A DNA stretch of 64,000 bases from Tetramitus jugosus (GCA_937625935.1 OW569346.1:186001-250000), one strand, 5' to 3'. Counted from the first letter of the stretch, positions 9,925 to 21,544 are shown. A program made the numbers and translations. The notes: generated by a model from the letters alone, not told the origin.

Positions 9925-12201
9925 TTAATTTCTTTTTGGAATCATTTGTTGGACAATCTCGTTGGTGTACTCCAGTCTCTTTGCCACTTCAGGCATGGAG
10001 TGTACAGTGGGGTCATCAATTGATTTCGTGAAAATGTTTTTGGCCTTGTCGATGTAGGTCACAAATCTGGCTTCCTTGGCCAATATGATTTCAGTTCGGT
10101 CAGTAAATACAACCTGAACAGTTCCGTCGGTCAACCTAAAGACGGTACAATTGTTGGTTTTTAACCATCTCTTCACATACGGATAGTTGAAAGGAGTATC
10201 AACTCTGTGTATTCCTTCATAATAGACAGGTTTTCCGCTTGGAGATGGTCTTGAGGTGTCAACTAATTTGTCTGCTATTAGAGGTAATGTTCCGTTTTTG
10301 TTCTCCAACTGATTTTTGAAGTACTTGATGAGAAGGATTTTCTTGGTGAGATCCTTGGAATAATTCTTTCCGATGTTGGAGAAACCAAGGACTTCATCAT
10401 AGTACCCTTCACGGTCTTTCTTTGCTAACACATAGTCAACATTGATTGATTCCGGATTGTACACAATTTTCGTATAATCATTGAAGAATGCTCCTGTAAG
10501 TCCATTGTTAAGTCGATAAGCTAACCCATAGTCCGATGAAAAATCCATGAAATCAGCAACCCGAAGAATAAACTTTGGAGTGTCGTCTACATGGTGTTGT
10601 GGGTCAGAAAAAGCACTCTTTCTTTTCAGTTCCTTATGCTGAATCAAGCTATTTTCAATCTTCTCATGCATGGTTGTCAAGTTCTTCTCATCATCTTCAA
10701 CGTTATCTTCCATCTTTTCTTCATCTGCTAGTGAGTTTGTGGATTCACTCTCTTCGATTGGATTTTGTAATGGTAAGTAGTTTTGGTACAAAGCGCTCTT
10801 GTTTGTCTCATCCTCAAGCTTCTTAAAGTCTTTAGGATCATCGGACAACTTTAGTTTTTTGGAAGAATCTGGAGTGGAAGGATGTCTATTGGATAATCTT
10901 GAACCGGGTCTGTCCAAACCTGGTGGCAGCATTGCATTGGACTTTAAAGATACTTTGATTGAAGGAACAGCAGTGGGTCGTCTTACTCCGGTGTCGACAG
11001 CCAAGTTTCTATTGTTTGCTATGTTTGCAGATATCGGTTTCAATGGAAGTCGACTAGAAGGTTGAGTGGAAACAACAGATCGTTTGACGTCTGTGGGTAT
11101 TTGAGCACCCTTACTAGTTGCCAACAGCTTCTTTCTTTTGAGAATTGAACTTCCTGATAGTTCTGCAGCCACATCAAAGAGAGATTCGGGGCACACCTGA
11201 GCTGGAGAGGAACAATACTCTTTGTTGGTAAAGAAATCATCCATTAGAGCTTGTTCTGCACTCGGTCTACGAGATGGTTCAGATTGGAGCATCTTCTTGA
11301 TAAAGTTCTTCACAGTATCACTGAGAGGGATTGTAGACGGGAACTTGTACAGGTTGCTCTTAATTTTTTTGTATGTCGATCCAATATCTGCTGTCTCAAA
11401 AGGAGGAACACCACAGAGCATAGTAAATAGGATTACACCACAAGACCAAATATCTACCTCATAACTATGACCCATCTTCTTCAGAATTTCTGGAGCTAGA
11501 TAGTTCGGAGTTCCACAAATGGTCTGCTTCCTCTGTCCATCATAGTCTAACTGAGCAGCAAGACCAAAGTCACCAGTTTTCAGTTCAAGTTCACTGTTTA
11601 AGAACAGATTTGCAAGTTTTAAGTCCCTATGGATAATTCTATTCTTGTGGAGATGAGACACAGCTTGAAAAATTTGATGCATGAAGTATCTTGCCTCGAC
11701 TTCGCTCAACCGTTTCTTCTTTCTCATTAGATCAGATAATGACTTGCAGTTACATAGTTCCAACAGTATGTACACATTCTTTTGATCTTCAAAGTACTTT
11801 ATGAAGCGAACCACATTCTTGTGTGATAGAGATTTGTGAATTTTGATCTCAGATATCAGCTTTTGTTTTGTGTTTGGTTTAGAGAGAGACTTCTTATCTA
11901 CCACTTTGGCAGCATACACATTACCACTAGCAACAGATGTCGCTTCAAAACAATGAGCAAAGCCTCCCTTTCCGAGCATCTTTCCCTTGATGTATCTCTT
12001 AAAATACCGTTCTCTCTTCTCTCCTGTCTCAGTGTAGTAGGTTTCCCTCTCCTCGATGAATTCGGTCACTGGATTGGCTTGTTGAGTAGAGTTGGTAGAT
12101 CTTGGTTTAAGAGAATATGATTGCTTATCGAAGGTTGCTCGGGAGGTGGAGCTGGTGTATTTACTATATCCAGTATTATATTGATTGGCCATGTTCAGCA
12201 T
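9925..12201 (-). CDS. Polo-like kinase
   Basis: LGKGGFAHC, HRDLKLAN, GDFGLAA, TICGTPNYLAPE, then polo-box motifs DFSSDYGLAYRL...FND and VKRWLKT...FRLTDGTVQV. Confidence 0.93.
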   Translation of the reverse strand: MLNMANQYNTGYSKYTSSTSRATFDKQSYSLKPRSTNSTQQANPVTEFIEERETYYTETGEKRERYFKRYIKGKMLGKGGFAHCFEATSVASGNVYAAKVVDKKSLSKPNTKQKLISEIKIHKSLSHKNVVRFIKYFEDQKNVYILLELCNCKSLSDLMRKKKRLSEVEARYFMHQIFQAVSHLHKNRIIHRDLKLANLFLNSELELKTGDFGLAAQLDYDGQRKQTICGTPNYLAPEILKKMGHSYEVDIWSCGVILFTMLCGVPPFETADIGSTYKKIKSNLYKFPSTIPLSDTVKNFIKKMLQSEPSRRPSAEQALMDDFFTNKEYCSSPAQVCPESLFDVAAELSGSSILKRKKLLATSKGAQIPTDVKRSVVSTQPSSRLPLKPISANIANNRNLAVDTGVRRPTAVPSIKVSLKSNAMLPPGLDRPGSRLSNRHPSTPDSSKKLKLSDDPKDFKKLEDETNKSALYQNYLPLQNPIEESESTNSLADEEKMEDNVEDDEKNLTTMHEKIENSLIQHKELKRKSAFSDPQHHVDDTPKFILRVADFMDFSSDYGLAYRLNNGLTGAFFNDYTKIVYNPESINVDYVLAKKDREGYYDEVLGFSNIGKNYSKDLTKKILLIKYFKNQLENKNGTLPLIADKLVDTSRPSPSGKPVYYEGIHRVDTPFNYPYVKRWLKTNNCTVFRLTDGTVQVVFTDRTEIILAKEARFVTYIDKAKNIFTKSIDDPTVHSMPEVAKRLEYTNEIVQQMIPKRN

Positions 12202-12370
12202 CTTAGGTTCAGAGATTATTGATTGTTTTTCTCAGTTCATTCAAAGAGTATAGGCTGTATTGTTGTTCGATTATTGAGTGTCTCAAAATGAATAAATGCT
12301 TAACGATATCAGGTCTGCACGGAACGCAAATCTAACGAAAAAATTTGTATAGGGTAACGTTCACTGGTGG

Positions 12371-12378
12371 GCGGGAAA
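12371..12378 (-). promoter_or_regulatory. Putative E2F site upstream of Polo kinase
   Basis: TTTCCCGC (TTTSSCGC consensus) about 170 bp 5' of the PLK ATG. Confidence 0.3.
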
Positions 12379-12909
12379 GAATTGTGCAACGGAATTTATT
12401 ACATTTGACACGATACTGTCAGGTCTGTTTATTGAATCTGCCGTAGTATTCTTCCACAGCGAATAAAGTACATTGATGCACCTTCTTCATAAAAGAAAGA
12501 ATCATCGAACCAAGAAGACCTATTCCTTTGGAGTTGAAGTTTAATTCTCTCGTCCACCAATTGGAGTTGATCGATGGCGAACTCAGATAAATCTACATCT
12601 AAGCCGTTCTCCTCTTATGGGGTATGATCCATTTTTGCTTGAACTGTAAAACACAGGGATAAAAATTGAGACAACCATGCAACCAAGGTACCGAACATAT
12701 AAGATAAAAGAGGAAATTACTAGGAGGTCGTCAGTGTTTTCTCTAGCGATCCTTGATTCTCTCTGTTGGCCAATGTGGAACCTTACACCTTATCAAGCAG
12801 TGAAAATGGATCCAAATGAAAACTAGAAGACTTCTTCTCAACCAGATAAAATGAGTTCCAGGAGGGCGAGTGTGTCGAGTACTACATTGGTCACCTTCGT
12901 GACACTACC

Positions 12910-14484
12910 TTATACAATGTGTAAGGGATGTTTCGCAAAAATTGGTTGTGGTGAATGTATCCATCGTTTGGCAAGCAAGACCAGGAATGCCAGGAACATG
13001 GATAATGAGCAAAAATAGAAAGGGGCACCACGCATCAAACCTGTAGACTCATCCACCGAGTACTTCCTAAATAAGGTCGATAGCACTAAGGGACTTAGAA
13101 CAGCGGATAGAGTGTTTAGAGAGCTCAATGCTCCTTGAATCGTACCTTGCTGTATCAGCTCAATTTTCTTACTTGCCAAGGTGGAGACCAAAGGTACGGT
13201 CATGCTAGCAATGCTGGCTAGTGGGACAGCTACGAACACTAACCATGGCGAACTTACTGAAGCCAAACAAATATTGCTTATTCCTGCTATAAACAACGAA
13301 AGTAGAGCGGTCCCATGTTCTCCAAAATAGTTCACGAGTGGCCTCATTAACAAACCCTGACAAATTCCATACCCGATCGATGTGCCAGTGATGAACAGAC
13401 CACCCTGGAATGCAGAATATCCCAGAATTCTTGCATATCCCATCCAAATACTGAAGAAGCCTGTATTGCCCAATCCATACAAAAAGAGCACAACACTCAA
13501 TAGTGTTAATTCTTGATCCTTAAAAAACAATAGCTGAAACGTTCTCTGGGGACTAGCTTCGTTGATGGCCTTTTTGATAAAGTGTCCAATCATGAAATGG
13601 TTCGTTGTTGTTGTTGTTGCAAGATTGCCCTTCTTGATATGACTCGCGTCATGAACAAAGAGAGCAGCGTAGACGAGTCCAGTGACTTCGAACATGAGAG
13701 CAGCGACACATGGATAATAGAGAGGCTTATCAGGCCCAGAGATGAATCCTGTGATGATCGGTCCAATGATCCAAGCCATTGAGATGCTCATACCAATCAT
13801 ACCAAAATACACTGCTTTATCAGCATTGGCACCACCTGACTCTGTTGAAATATCACCCGCATGAGTCATCGCAATGGTCTTAATGTTGCCCCACAATCCG
13901 TTCATGAACCGGGAAATCAAATAGAACACCCAGAGAATCAAGTAAACACCTCGATGGTCCAATGTTGTCGTAGCAGTAGCAATAGCAGCAGTAGTAGCAG
14001 TAGTCAAAGTGGTGGACATTTTTGTTTCACCGTTAAGAGTTTGATGACTAGTATTATCGTGATGGTAACGATAATGAGCGAGACCACTCATGATGACAAA
14101 CACGGTACAAGACGAGAGAGCTTGGAGCATGATGAGCCTCTTCCTGGACTGTATCAGATCACTCATCTTTCCCATGGTGGCATTGGAGAAGAATTGCAGG
14201 AGTGAATACAAGCTCATAAACAATCCAAATACGGTGCTGCCCATTGATACGTCACCATGAAAGAAGATGCGTGCCAGAATGATTGGGTGAGTGGGAATCG
14301 TAATGGCATATCCCATGGTAAACAGAAAGACTGTTGTGGAGATGTGGAAGAGAGGCCAAGAAACAACAGAAAAGAACAAGAATTTGTTGTTCCTGTTGCT
14401 ATTGCTCTTGGGCTGCCACCACCAATTATTGCTACTGTTGTTGTTGTTGGTATTGTCTTGTTGTGATTGCACACATGGTAGCAT
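12910..14484 (-). CDS. MFS transporter (TetA/HIAT1-like drug:H+ antiporter family)
   Basis: Multiple hydrophobic segments; YSLLQFF...GKMSDLIQSRK (motif A-like), WIIGPIITG, QQGTIQGALSSL, GAPF. Confidence 0.82.
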   Translation of the reverse strand: MLPCVQSQQDNTNNNNSSNNWWWQPKSNSNRNNKFLFFSVVSWPLFHISTTVFLFTMGYAITIPTHPIILARIFFHGDVSMGSTVFGLFMSLYSLLQFFSNATMGKMSDLIQSRKRLIMLQALSSCTVFVIMSGLAHYRYHHDNTSHQTLNGETKMSTTLTTATTAAIATATTTLDHRGVYLILWVFYLISRFMNGLWGNIKTIAMTHAGDISTESGGANADKAVYFGMIGMSISMAWIIGPIITGFISGPDKPLYYPCVAALMFEVTGLVYAALFVHDASHIKKGNLATTTTTNHFMIGHFIKKAINEASPQRTFQLLFFKDQELTLLSVVLFLYGLGNTGFFSIWMGYARILGYSAFQGGLFITGTSIGYGICQGLLMRPLVNYFGEHGTALLSLFIAGISNICLASVSSPWLVFVAVPLASIASMTVPLVSTLASKKIELIQQGTIQGALSSLNTLSAVLSPLVLSTLFRKYSVDESTGLMRGAPFYFCSLSMFLAFLVLLAKRWIHSPQPIFAKHPLHIV

Positions 14485-14655
14485 TATCTATTGAGCAGAT
14501 GATGATTCCCAATCAATCAATCGTATTTCCAAAGAGTTTTCGTTTGATGCATTGAAAATTGGCCGCCTCTAGAAAACACGATTTTTGCTCGTTGTTGGAA
14601 ATGATTGGAACCTTTGTTAAGGTTTTTATTTGGAGTTTGGATGGTTGCGTGTTTT

Positions 14656-17600
14656 TTAGTACTTGAACTTGTATCGAATGTATGGTACATCGACATCCTC
14701 ATCCGTGTCAACATCGGTACAGCAGATTTCAATATTCACAAACTTTTGTTTTGGAGTGAAGTTGACCTTTGCAATAGTTTTGATGAGTTCTGACACCTTT
14801 TGTGGCATTCTCTCTGCAATCTTGGCTGCAGGAGAGAAAGATGCATAAATGACACCATTTCCAGCACTCATCATTGTAATCTCGAGCTTGTGTTTTTGCT
14901 TGAAAAGCTCCAAGAACTCCTTCAATGTGATATCTCTGCCCTCGTCCACATCGAATCTATCCCACAATGACCATTCCTTTTCACCGTACTTGACCTTGGT
15001 TGGCTCTCCAGGTTCACTCAACGTGACAAATGGAAGTGCAATGTTGATAAAGGCATTCTTGTAGGCAGACAATTGATTGACTCCTTGCACAAACTAGTTA
15101 ATTAAAAAGTGTGAGAAGATTGAATAAAACGCACATGAATCATCAAAAAATGAGGAAGTGTAACGGGCACGCAACTAATTGTTTGTCTTAATCTGTCGAC
15201 AAACAATCCTAGGCAGTGCACCGTCATTGTCGACTCGTCAAGTGTTTTGGTCTGGATCGTTCAAAGGTGTTTCCTCTAGCAACCTGTAACAAAGTACAAA
15301 CACTGATTGCTATGCGTTTGAACTCTATCGACGTTGCAAATAACTCTGCAAGGACAAGCACCTTGTCACGAGTAGACGACGACAACACGCTTGTTGATCT
15401 CAAAACTCATCGAACGAAGCAACTCAACCTCCATACTCATCCGCAATGAAAATCAATTAGATAACAACATACCTTGTACAATTCGAATGATGCAAGTCCA
15501 GTGACAGCTGCTGTGGTCGTCACCATAGCTGGAATAATCTTTCCTGCAATACCCTTGGTCTTGTGTCTATCAGCTGGAGGAATCTTGTAGTTGTCACCTC
15601 TCAAGTTACTGGCAGCAGTGATAAAGTCAATGTGGAAGTTTGTGTCGTCATCCTTCTCAAACTCAGCAACATTCAATCTGAAACCGGCCAAATCAGAAGG
15701 CTTTGGCAACTTGTTTGTCAGTCGAGCCACAATTTCTTCATCTTCGTCCAAATTGGAGCTTTGTGCTGCTTGTTGATCCTTCTCCTCAACAGCAATCTTC
15801 ACACCGGACTTTGGAGAGAATTTTGGAACTTCGACTCTGGACAAAACACCCTCGAAATCAAAGTCACCTGCTCTGTGCCCAGTCAAACCATAAACATAGG
15901 CACGCAAATTAGCTGCAGAAACAATAAAGTTCAAGTGAGCATCATTATGGGCATCGAATTCCAAAGGTCTTGGTGGTCTCTTTGGTCCTCCCCAGAACGG
16001 AGTGCCACTGCTAGTGACTTGATCGAGAGGGAAGTTGTGCAACAATTGTTGGATAGAGTTGTTGTACAACTGCTCAAACTTGATTCTAGCCCAAACAATG
16101 CAGTCCTCAAAGTTCTGAGGCTTAGATGACACCAAGCTCTCATAGATGGACTCCACCGTTCCTCTCTTGGATGTTCCCTCAGTCTCCTCAATAAATGTTG
16201 GCTTGCTCAAGTAGGCATTGACATCGGATGGTGCCTTGTTGAACATGCCTTCGAACAAGTCTCTGGACCATTGGATGCAGTGCTCAATGGCATTAGGGAA
16301 ATTCTTCAATGTACAGATAGGAATCTCCTTCTCTGGAGGATCTCTTGTGGATGCATAGGACTCAGTCAAGTGAGGAATGACGACTTGAACGTTGGCCTTG
16401 GTGCCCAACGTGCCAGCCTCCAACAATGGCTTTCTATAGTATACACAACGAGAATCGACATAGAGACGCGCTTGAACATTGTCCAATGCATTGGTAACGG
16501 CATTGAGGGATTCCCAGAATGCATCATCAAACACATCTTCTGTCTCTGGTGCCACCTTGTCTTGCATTGCAACCACATTAAAGTTCTTGTTCATCTCTCT
16601 GGCAACCTCAGCAGCCACAATAGACTTTTGCTTACCAATGTGATGTCTTCTGAACAGGAATTGTCTGTTCAAGTTGGACACTTCAATATTGTCCATATCG
16701 GTGATGGTAACTTGACCTCCACCGCAAGCAATTCCCATCATGGCAAAATTCTTGAGGTATTCACAACCAAGCGCACCTGATCCAACAACAAAGTTGTTCA
16801 ACTTGAGCAGTTTGTCTTGGAATGTGCGACCAAAGACAGCCACTTGACCATCATAACGATTGCCCTGAGGTTGAACATCTGACTCGGTTGGAATGGCATG
16901 ATCAGGCACACACTCGAGTGCTTCAAAGTGCATCCATTGATTCAGAGGTGTAAACTTGCCGGATGTTGCCTTTTGCACTTCTTGAGCAGCGATACCACCG
17001 AGCAGAGCAGCCATTGGACTCAAATTTCCTCGACTGCCATTTGCCAACAACTTGATCAACTTCTCGTCCAGTGAACTTGCATTGTCTGGACAGAGCTTGG
17101 CAAAGTGCTTCTGAGCCAATTGATACACTTGTTGTGCATCGCCTTCATTGTACGACTTTGGTAGTTCATTGTTTTGAGAGTGGAACTCGGAGAGAGCGAG
17201 TGAGAAGGCATGGAGTTGCAACGGTCTGTCAAACTTTGCAAAATCATAGTCAATAACTGTTGGCTTCTCCAACTGTGTGGCCAATGATTGATAGTGCACA
17301 GTCTTGTGTGGCTTCACTTGCTTGACATATCCACCACCGACATATGGTGGCAAATGAGTTGTGTCACCAATTGTGAACGTGTGCTTTCCAGTCGACTTGA
17401 TCTGAATGGGTTTTCCATTGTTCAATTCGTCCATGCCCTCCACACCTTCAAACACAACAAATTCATCATCGTACAGACCATGAACAGGCTTGTCATCGTG
17501 AACACTGACGATACCAGGGTTGCTGTTTGTAATGTTGGTCACAATGTTGGACACTGGATTCTCACCATCTTCATCATAAATCACAAATCCATCACCAAAG

Positions 17601-18302
17601 TCACAAAAGACAGATCCGAATAGGCCTCTGCTCTCTGTGGCAATAAACTTGACATTGTTGGCTCTGCAAAACTCATTCTTGTCCATGAGTTGAGCAATCG
17701 GTTGATCCACAAAGACAACAACATTGAATGTGGAGAGCAATTGATTGGTGAGTTCACCGTGATAGACAGACACTGCGACATATTGATTCAATTCCTTGAG
17801 GTGATGCAGTGACGCATCAGATCGAGTCAATCTTTGATGAATGCTGTCTTCAGAGCAATAGAATTGAGAGCTGAGATCGGACCATTGAACGACTTGATCA
17901 TCGTACAAGGTGACTGATTTGACACCAGTCAAGATGACATTTTTGGCTATCAATAGACAGAGAGAGAGAGAGATGCGTAAATATTTTGCTTGGATGGCAC
18001 ATGAATGTGTGATTGAGTGATGCGTGTTGTTGTTGTTGTTCTCCATGTCGTTCGAATCATTCTTCAACAAACAACAACAACAACAACAACCAACAACCAA
18101 TAATTCAAACATTGACACACACGATCAAAAAAAAAACGATTGATGATTGATGATATATTCACATACCAATTTCAACACCGAGACCAGTGAGACCAACGAT
18201 CAACACATTGCTCTGTTGCATTCTCTTCATGGCATCAGGGCCAAGAACATACAGTTGACGACTGTAAAGATTTTCATCTAGTTCGTGATGCTCACTCGCC
18301 AT
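14656..18302 (-). CDS. UBA1: Ubiquitin-activating enzyme E1; exons 18302-18167, 17946-15473, 15093-14656
   Basis: [21 protein letters not shown]...GVEI|AKNVILTGV; GSGALGCE; catalytic PICTLKNFP; [10 protein letters not shown]; introns 17947-18166 and 15094-15472 with GTATGT donors restore the frame. Confidence 0.96.
15150..15440 (-). ncRNA. Candidate structured RNA within UBA1 intron 2
   Basis: At least six nested complementary segments with G-U pairs on the sense strand; 3' hairpin followed by ACA; no known family recognised. Confidence 0.4.
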
Positions 18303-18837
18303 CTTTTCTTGTTGTTGTTGTTGCTGTTGTTTGATTTATTTACGATTTTTGTGTGAGTTGTTGTTGAGGGTGTTTTGTGAAGAATTTGAGCGAGAGGAGG
18401 CGAACTTGGTGATGATCTTGGTCTAAAAAAAACTGCAAACTGGGCAAAAACTTCCGGTTTTGTTACAAATTCTTTGTGCGCAACTGGGAAATGAGTTGTG
18501 AAGACTCACAATTGCTTGAATGTTACGTTGATGGAGTGAGTCTCACTGAGAAAGACCTTTTTCTTTTGTGCAAGATAATATTGTGAACTTTCAGTTAGTT
18601 GTAGTTGGAGGAATGATCGGCTTGGTAAAAATAATCCTGGCCCAAATGAAAAATGTGCTCTCTCTAAGCTAAGATATCGACCTGGGTAAAGGCCTCAACT
18701 CAAGAATCATTGCTGAATTTAGAGTCTGCTTCTTTGTTTTTAATGATTCAGTTGTTTGTTGGTGTCGAAGAACAACAAGGAGCACATCATTAGCAACAAC
18801 AATAGCAACTTAAGGATTCAACACTACCTCTATCAAA

Positions 18838-20004
18838 ATGAGTGAGCTTCCCTATCCAGATTCATGCTTCACCTTGTGCCCTTTTGATCCAACAACTTCA
18901 GAGTTGGGACAATTTATTACGGTTCATTATCGAGTGTGGTCCCGAGATGAACTAGTCAATCCCTATCGATTCTGCTTGCTTGTACATGGGTTTGCCGCGT
19001 CCACTTTCTCCTGGAGAGAACAAGTTCAGTCATTGCTCGAGAGTCATGACATGGTGATCGCTGTCGATTTACCTGGATTTGGATTCAGTGGTAGAGATCG
19101 TAACTTGATCCACAGTGATATTCGGAGAGCGTATTGGTTAATGTATATTGTGCGACATATCGAACGCCTGTATGACTGTTCAGACAACACGTATCACTGG
19201 TCATTGATTGGGCATGGAATGGGAGCTAGAGCCATTACAGCTCTCGTACACATATGGAATCAACAACAGCAATTACAGCAGTCAGAAGAAGAGACAACTC
19301 ATTCAACAACAACAACAACAGAGACAGTATCCAGTGTGAATCAGAGGTCGAAAATTGAGAATGTGATTCTAGTGAGTCCAGAGAACATGGGCATCGAAGA
19401 GACCAACCCAACTACGATGGCAAACCTCCAGAACAAGATGCTGGGTTGGTTTCCAACATCATTTCTTCCATCGTCACTCGTTCATGCGTTGATATGTCAA
19501 CAGTCCCTCATGGGATATCTGTTGGGCAAGTTGTGTTACAACAGGAGTGTGACACAAGAAGAAGTGCAAGGATTTCTGAGACCACTCACGATACCCAACA
19601 CTATTCAATGTTTCTCTGACATGATCGAATTCAATGACTATCAACACGGAGTGGACATCAGAGAGCTGTATCAGTCAGTTCCGCGTCTTCTCATTGTCTG
19701 CGGAACAGACGATAATGTCACTCCAATCGAATCACATGTACAGTTGTTCTCCTTGTTGGAGAATGAAGAACAACAACGCGACTCAACAGCTGATTGTATT
19801 CGCAAAACCAAGATTTCCCTTCAAGTGGTACAGGATGCGGGTTACAATGTAATGGAGACTCATGCTCAAGAGTTCAATCAAACAGTCAACAATTTCTGTC
19901 AATTTCCACAACAACGTGAGAGTAACAGAGCTGCTCTGTTGATGAGAGGAGCCTCCTCTCAAATTCTCACCCGAGTGTCCAGCTTGTTCCGTATGTTTCA
20001 ATAA
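18838..20004 (+). CDS. Alpha/beta hydrolase fold protein, probably catalytically degenerate
   Basis: LLVHGFAASTFSW, AVDLPGFGFS; nucleophile elbow reads GHGMG and the His site reads DAGYNV. Confidence 0.82.
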   Translation: MSELPYPDSCFTLCPFDPTTSELGQFITVHYRVWSRDELVNPYRFCLLVHGFAASTFSWREQVQSLLESHDMVIAVDLPGFGFSGRDRNLIHSDIRRAYWLMYIVRHIERLYDCSDNTYHWSLIGHGMGARAITALVHIWNQQQQLQQSEEETTHSTTTTTETVSSVNQRSKIENVILVSPENMGIEETNPTTMANLQNKMLGWFPTSFLPSSLVHALICQQSLMGYLLGKLCYNRSVTQEEVQGFLRPLTIPNTIQCFSDMIEFNDYQHGVDIRELYQSVPRLLIVCGTDDNVTPIESHVQLFSLLENEEQQRDSTADCIRKTKISLQVVQDAGYNVMETHAQEFNQTVNNFCQFPQQRESNRAALLMRGASSQILTRVSSLFRMFQ

Positions 20005-20299
20005 GTAAGTGATTTCAATGAAATGTCACATGTGTAAATAAATAAACAAACAGAAAGCAAGTCGACTTTTATCCTTTTTAACAACAACAATCAGAATCCA
20101 TTCATAATAATTACAAACAATGATCGTTACCACGTAGGAGGGTAAGAAAGACTACGACGGTATCTCAGAGATGAATATATTGAGCATTTATTTATCTTGT
20201 GTTTATTATTGATGTTGTTGTTGTTTTTAATGTTGTTGTTGTTGGCTCGGGCCAGACGACAACAACTCTTTGTTGCAGAGTGTTGTTTGTTCTTCTGTG

Positions 20300-20811
20300 T
20301 TATGCGCCATCGTCATCCTCTGATGAAATGCATGCCAACTGCCAATTCACTGCACCACCATGAGCAGCCAATCTGAATCTATGGAGAGTATCATTATCAT
20401 ATACATGTGTGTGTGTGTATGTGTATGTGTGTAAGTGTGTGAATAACACCATCTCATGATCAAACATACAAAAAAAAATGCCAGACAAACGAGAGACAAA
20501 CAGAGAGACAAACAGAGAGACAGACGAGAGATGGTGGTGACATACGTTACGAGCATGTTGCTTCTTGCACATGTTGTCAAAGTGTTTGAATTGTTATTAT
20601 TATTCATATTATTCATATTATTCGTGAAAAGACCATTGCTGCTGCCCAGTGCTGTTGTGGAGAATGTTCGATTGTTGTGTTGAGTGGTGGAGAAGAGTGG
20701 TGGTGAGGAGGAACAGCGGATGGAAGATGATGAAAAAGAAGGAGTGAATGATGATGATGTTGGTGCTGCACTTCGTTTCATGCATGCCCTCGCAAATGAT
20801 CTTGTCAGCAT
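20300..20811 (-). CDS. Small (114 aa) putative mitochondrial protein; exons 20811-20546, 20378-20300
   Basis: Arg/Ser-rich, acid-free N-terminus; intron 20379-20545 (GTATGT...CATAG) gives in-frame MLVT|FRLAAHGGAVNWQLACISSEDDDGA. Confidence 0.6.
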
Positions 20812-21544
20812 TTGTTGTTGTTATTGTTTTTTTCCTAAACTCTCGTTGTTTGCTTTATTCCGACACCCTGAAAAAACTGAGGTTTCAACTCTTGGTAATC
20901 TTACACCGAGTGGTTGTTCTTTGAGGGGGGATTTGAACTCTGTGATCCATATGTGAAGCAGGACGAGGTACGACAACAATTTTCTTGCTCTTCACACTGC
21001 CAGGAGTTATATGTGGTGTTGAGCTAGAAGATCGCATTGGGGGATGAGATGGAAACCTATAGTTACTCAAGTGTTCTCTGAGGCATTCAAGGGACATTTC
21101 TTCATCCTCATATCGGCTTTCAGCATGTGTTGATTCCAGATTGCCCATCACACTGATTTACCTCTACTCGATATGAAAACTTGGTTGGAGAATGATAGGA
21201 TGGTCCACACTGCGTTTCATTTGGTCTCTCTTTACAGTACGCTCTCTCTAGACTTTTCTGGACCAAAAGTCCGTCCGTACATAGCTAAGCTGCCTTTTAC
21301 GGAAGAACACATGAATTGGAGTTCAACGGGCTTGGTGAATTGACACTTGAAGTCACTCAACACTAACACTTTGCTCAGTTGTAAAATAATTATTGTTATT
21401 GCACCTTCACTCAAAAATATTCCCGCTTGGGTGCACACAACTGACACTTGAAGGCGCGAACGCACCACTAGCCAACACAACAAATAAGCGTCACACACAA
21501 CAAACAAGCGAGAAACACACAACAGCAACAGACACAAAACAAAG

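Noticed and set aside
12400-12909. Complex-looking spacer with a 49-aa plus-strand ORF (MQPRYRTY...)
   Set aside because: No motif, repeat boundary or RNA signature I can support; may be UTR or decayed sequence.
15150-15440. Assignment of the UBA1 intronic structure to U3, U17/snR30, SRP, RNase MRP/P, telomerase RNA, TPP riboswitch or hammerhead
   Set aside because: The hallmark motifs of each were looked for by eye and not found intact.
20885-21151. 88-aa minus-strand ORF
   Set aside because: No recognisable domain or convincing upstream exon; a small gene cannot be excluded.
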